This document shows positions 62,887 through 64,000 of a stretch of 64,000 bases of DNA, in pieces. Position 1 is the first letter of the stretch; the number at the start of each line of letters is the position of its first letter. This stretch comes from Leptogorgia sarmentosa (Eukaryota): the NCBI GenBank assembly GCA_964658305.1, contig OZ210885.1:6448001-6512000 (forward strand), given 5' to 3'. The notes beneath the pieces are model-generated. The model saw only the letters and a program-made list of their open reading frames with translations. It searched no databases and was not told the DNA's origin. Position numbers and translations under genes: made by a program.

Positions 62887-64000
62887 GTATTTAAGAGTTC
62901 AACTTCAATTCAAACAGTGCCAGAACAGAGTGATTTTCTCGAAGAGATTGTAAAGCCGATTTGTGTCGCTGTATATAATATAGCTATAAATATCGATGTG
63001 CAGTGTTGAATGATGAACAGTTCGCATCACGTGACACTTATAAACAATGAACAATAACATATTTGTCACATGACCCAGCTAGCCTAACCATCTAGGTCTA
63101 CTAACCGTGGTTACACAGTATATATACAGCAATGACATATAAAAGTCATTCGGGATGATGAGCATTCGGAGGTTAATATTGGTTGACCGTACAATGGATA
63201 AGCAGCTTCGACCAAGATCGCACGTTACCCGTGTTATTGTTTTCTTTCGTCATTCTTAGTTCCTACAATACATGTTCTTGTACGTCTTGATGTAAATGGC
63301 TTAGGTCTAGTTCTGCAATGTAATTGGTTTATTGGGCTTAGCTACAAAATGATGACTTGAAATTTGCAGTATATATGTACTAATTAATAAAATGACTTGC
63401 TATCAAAGTCTTTGGTCTTATATGTATCCAATTTTTCACACCATTCTTCCATTTTCTCCTCCCGTAGCAAATGGGGCTTTATATTATATAATTTAATATA
63501 ATATATAATTTTGAAATAATTTTCGCCGGCGCTGGCGAAGTAAAGCCTAGTTTCTATAAGGTCGCTAGCTGTCGCTCGTTGTTTCTGTGCAAAGTTCCAG
63601 CGACGCTAAACGACAGGAAGAAACACAAAACGACAATGTCGCTGTGTTTAATTCTAGGTATAGCATTTCTTCAGAATAAACACCGCACATAACAACACTA
63701 GAATTTTGTGTACCAGAACAGCCTAGACAGGTAAATTTGCAACCTTTTGCTTCACAATTTGTCCACAATACCAAAATATTAATAATAACCGGTGCTTAGA
63801 ATTGCTATTTCTTAGCTTTCTCACAAATTTCTGAAGAGTCTTCTGAGCGAATTGCGTAATGCAAGTGTAAAATTGTTAAAGACGATAATTTTACAATACA
63901 TTTAGACAGATATGCATTGGATTCACTGCGTTGATTCATAGAACGAAAAATCACGAAGAAAGTTCTGGGACAGGAAACATTTCAGGTAAGTTTGTTCACG

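Larger units (their letters stand above)
58307..63109 (-). mobile_element. P-superfamily (THAP) DNA transposon, 4803 bp, carrying two convergent genes
   Basis: Perfect 32-bp TIR CACGGTTAGTAGACCTAGATGGTTAGGCTAGC at 58307-58338 and 63078-63109. 7-bp TSD GTTACAC at 58300-58306 and 63110-63116. Confidence 0.93.
57048..63479 (-). pseudogene. 3' part of a multi-exon gene resembling the DUF3987 (YfjI-like helicase) C-terminal region; the P element sits in one intron
   Basis: Exons ~63401-63479, 58102-58258, 57790-57960 (frameshifted), ~57366-57452 and 57048-57278 give KPHLLREEKMEEWCEKL..FDNIYSTIFEQH..YSYSPEAKEKY..SKDKKNFIRLTGV(L)HVL..LDIAEGVMQYF. The family call is from motif recall only. Confidence 0.45.

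Noticed and set aside
63565..64000. Cys-rich minus-strand ORF and possible short plus-strand exons at the window end
   Set aside because: No recognisable motif, and the best plus-strand frame has an in-frame stop; sequence beyond the window is needed.

Overview
This is eukaryotic (animal) genomic DNA, not a prokaryotic window. It has GT-AG introns, is AT-rich and is densely packed with transposons; the repeat repertoire suggests an anthozoan/cnidarian (inference only). It holds one host gene, a 19-exon mitochondrial short-chain acyl-CoA synthetase (ACSS3/PrpE type, 13166-32044, +, 679 aa after hand-splicing). Upstream lie a dead Ngaro/DIRS tyrosine-recombinase retrotransposon (1-~6200) with nested insertions, and a 5.8-kb Mutator-like element (6825-12643) whose spliced transposase has a GCM-like N-terminal domain and whose TIRs are arrays of GCGGGT. 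Two near-identical MITEs with 9-bp TSDs both inserted at GTCGCCG. Downstream lie a LINE with a (GATA)41 tail, Crypton-like repeats, a Gypsy relic and three esterase-ORF1 (RTEX-like) LINEs that all abut a palindromic ~175-bp satellite. Near the end are a spliced DUF3987-like gene relic and a 4.8-kb P/THAP element with 7-bp TSDs. The best candidate for something undescribed is that P element: its transposase lacks the usual C-terminal domain, while a second, convergent gene in the element encodes a zinc-finger start plus that missing domain. All calls come from reading the sequence and motifs by eye; no searches were run.
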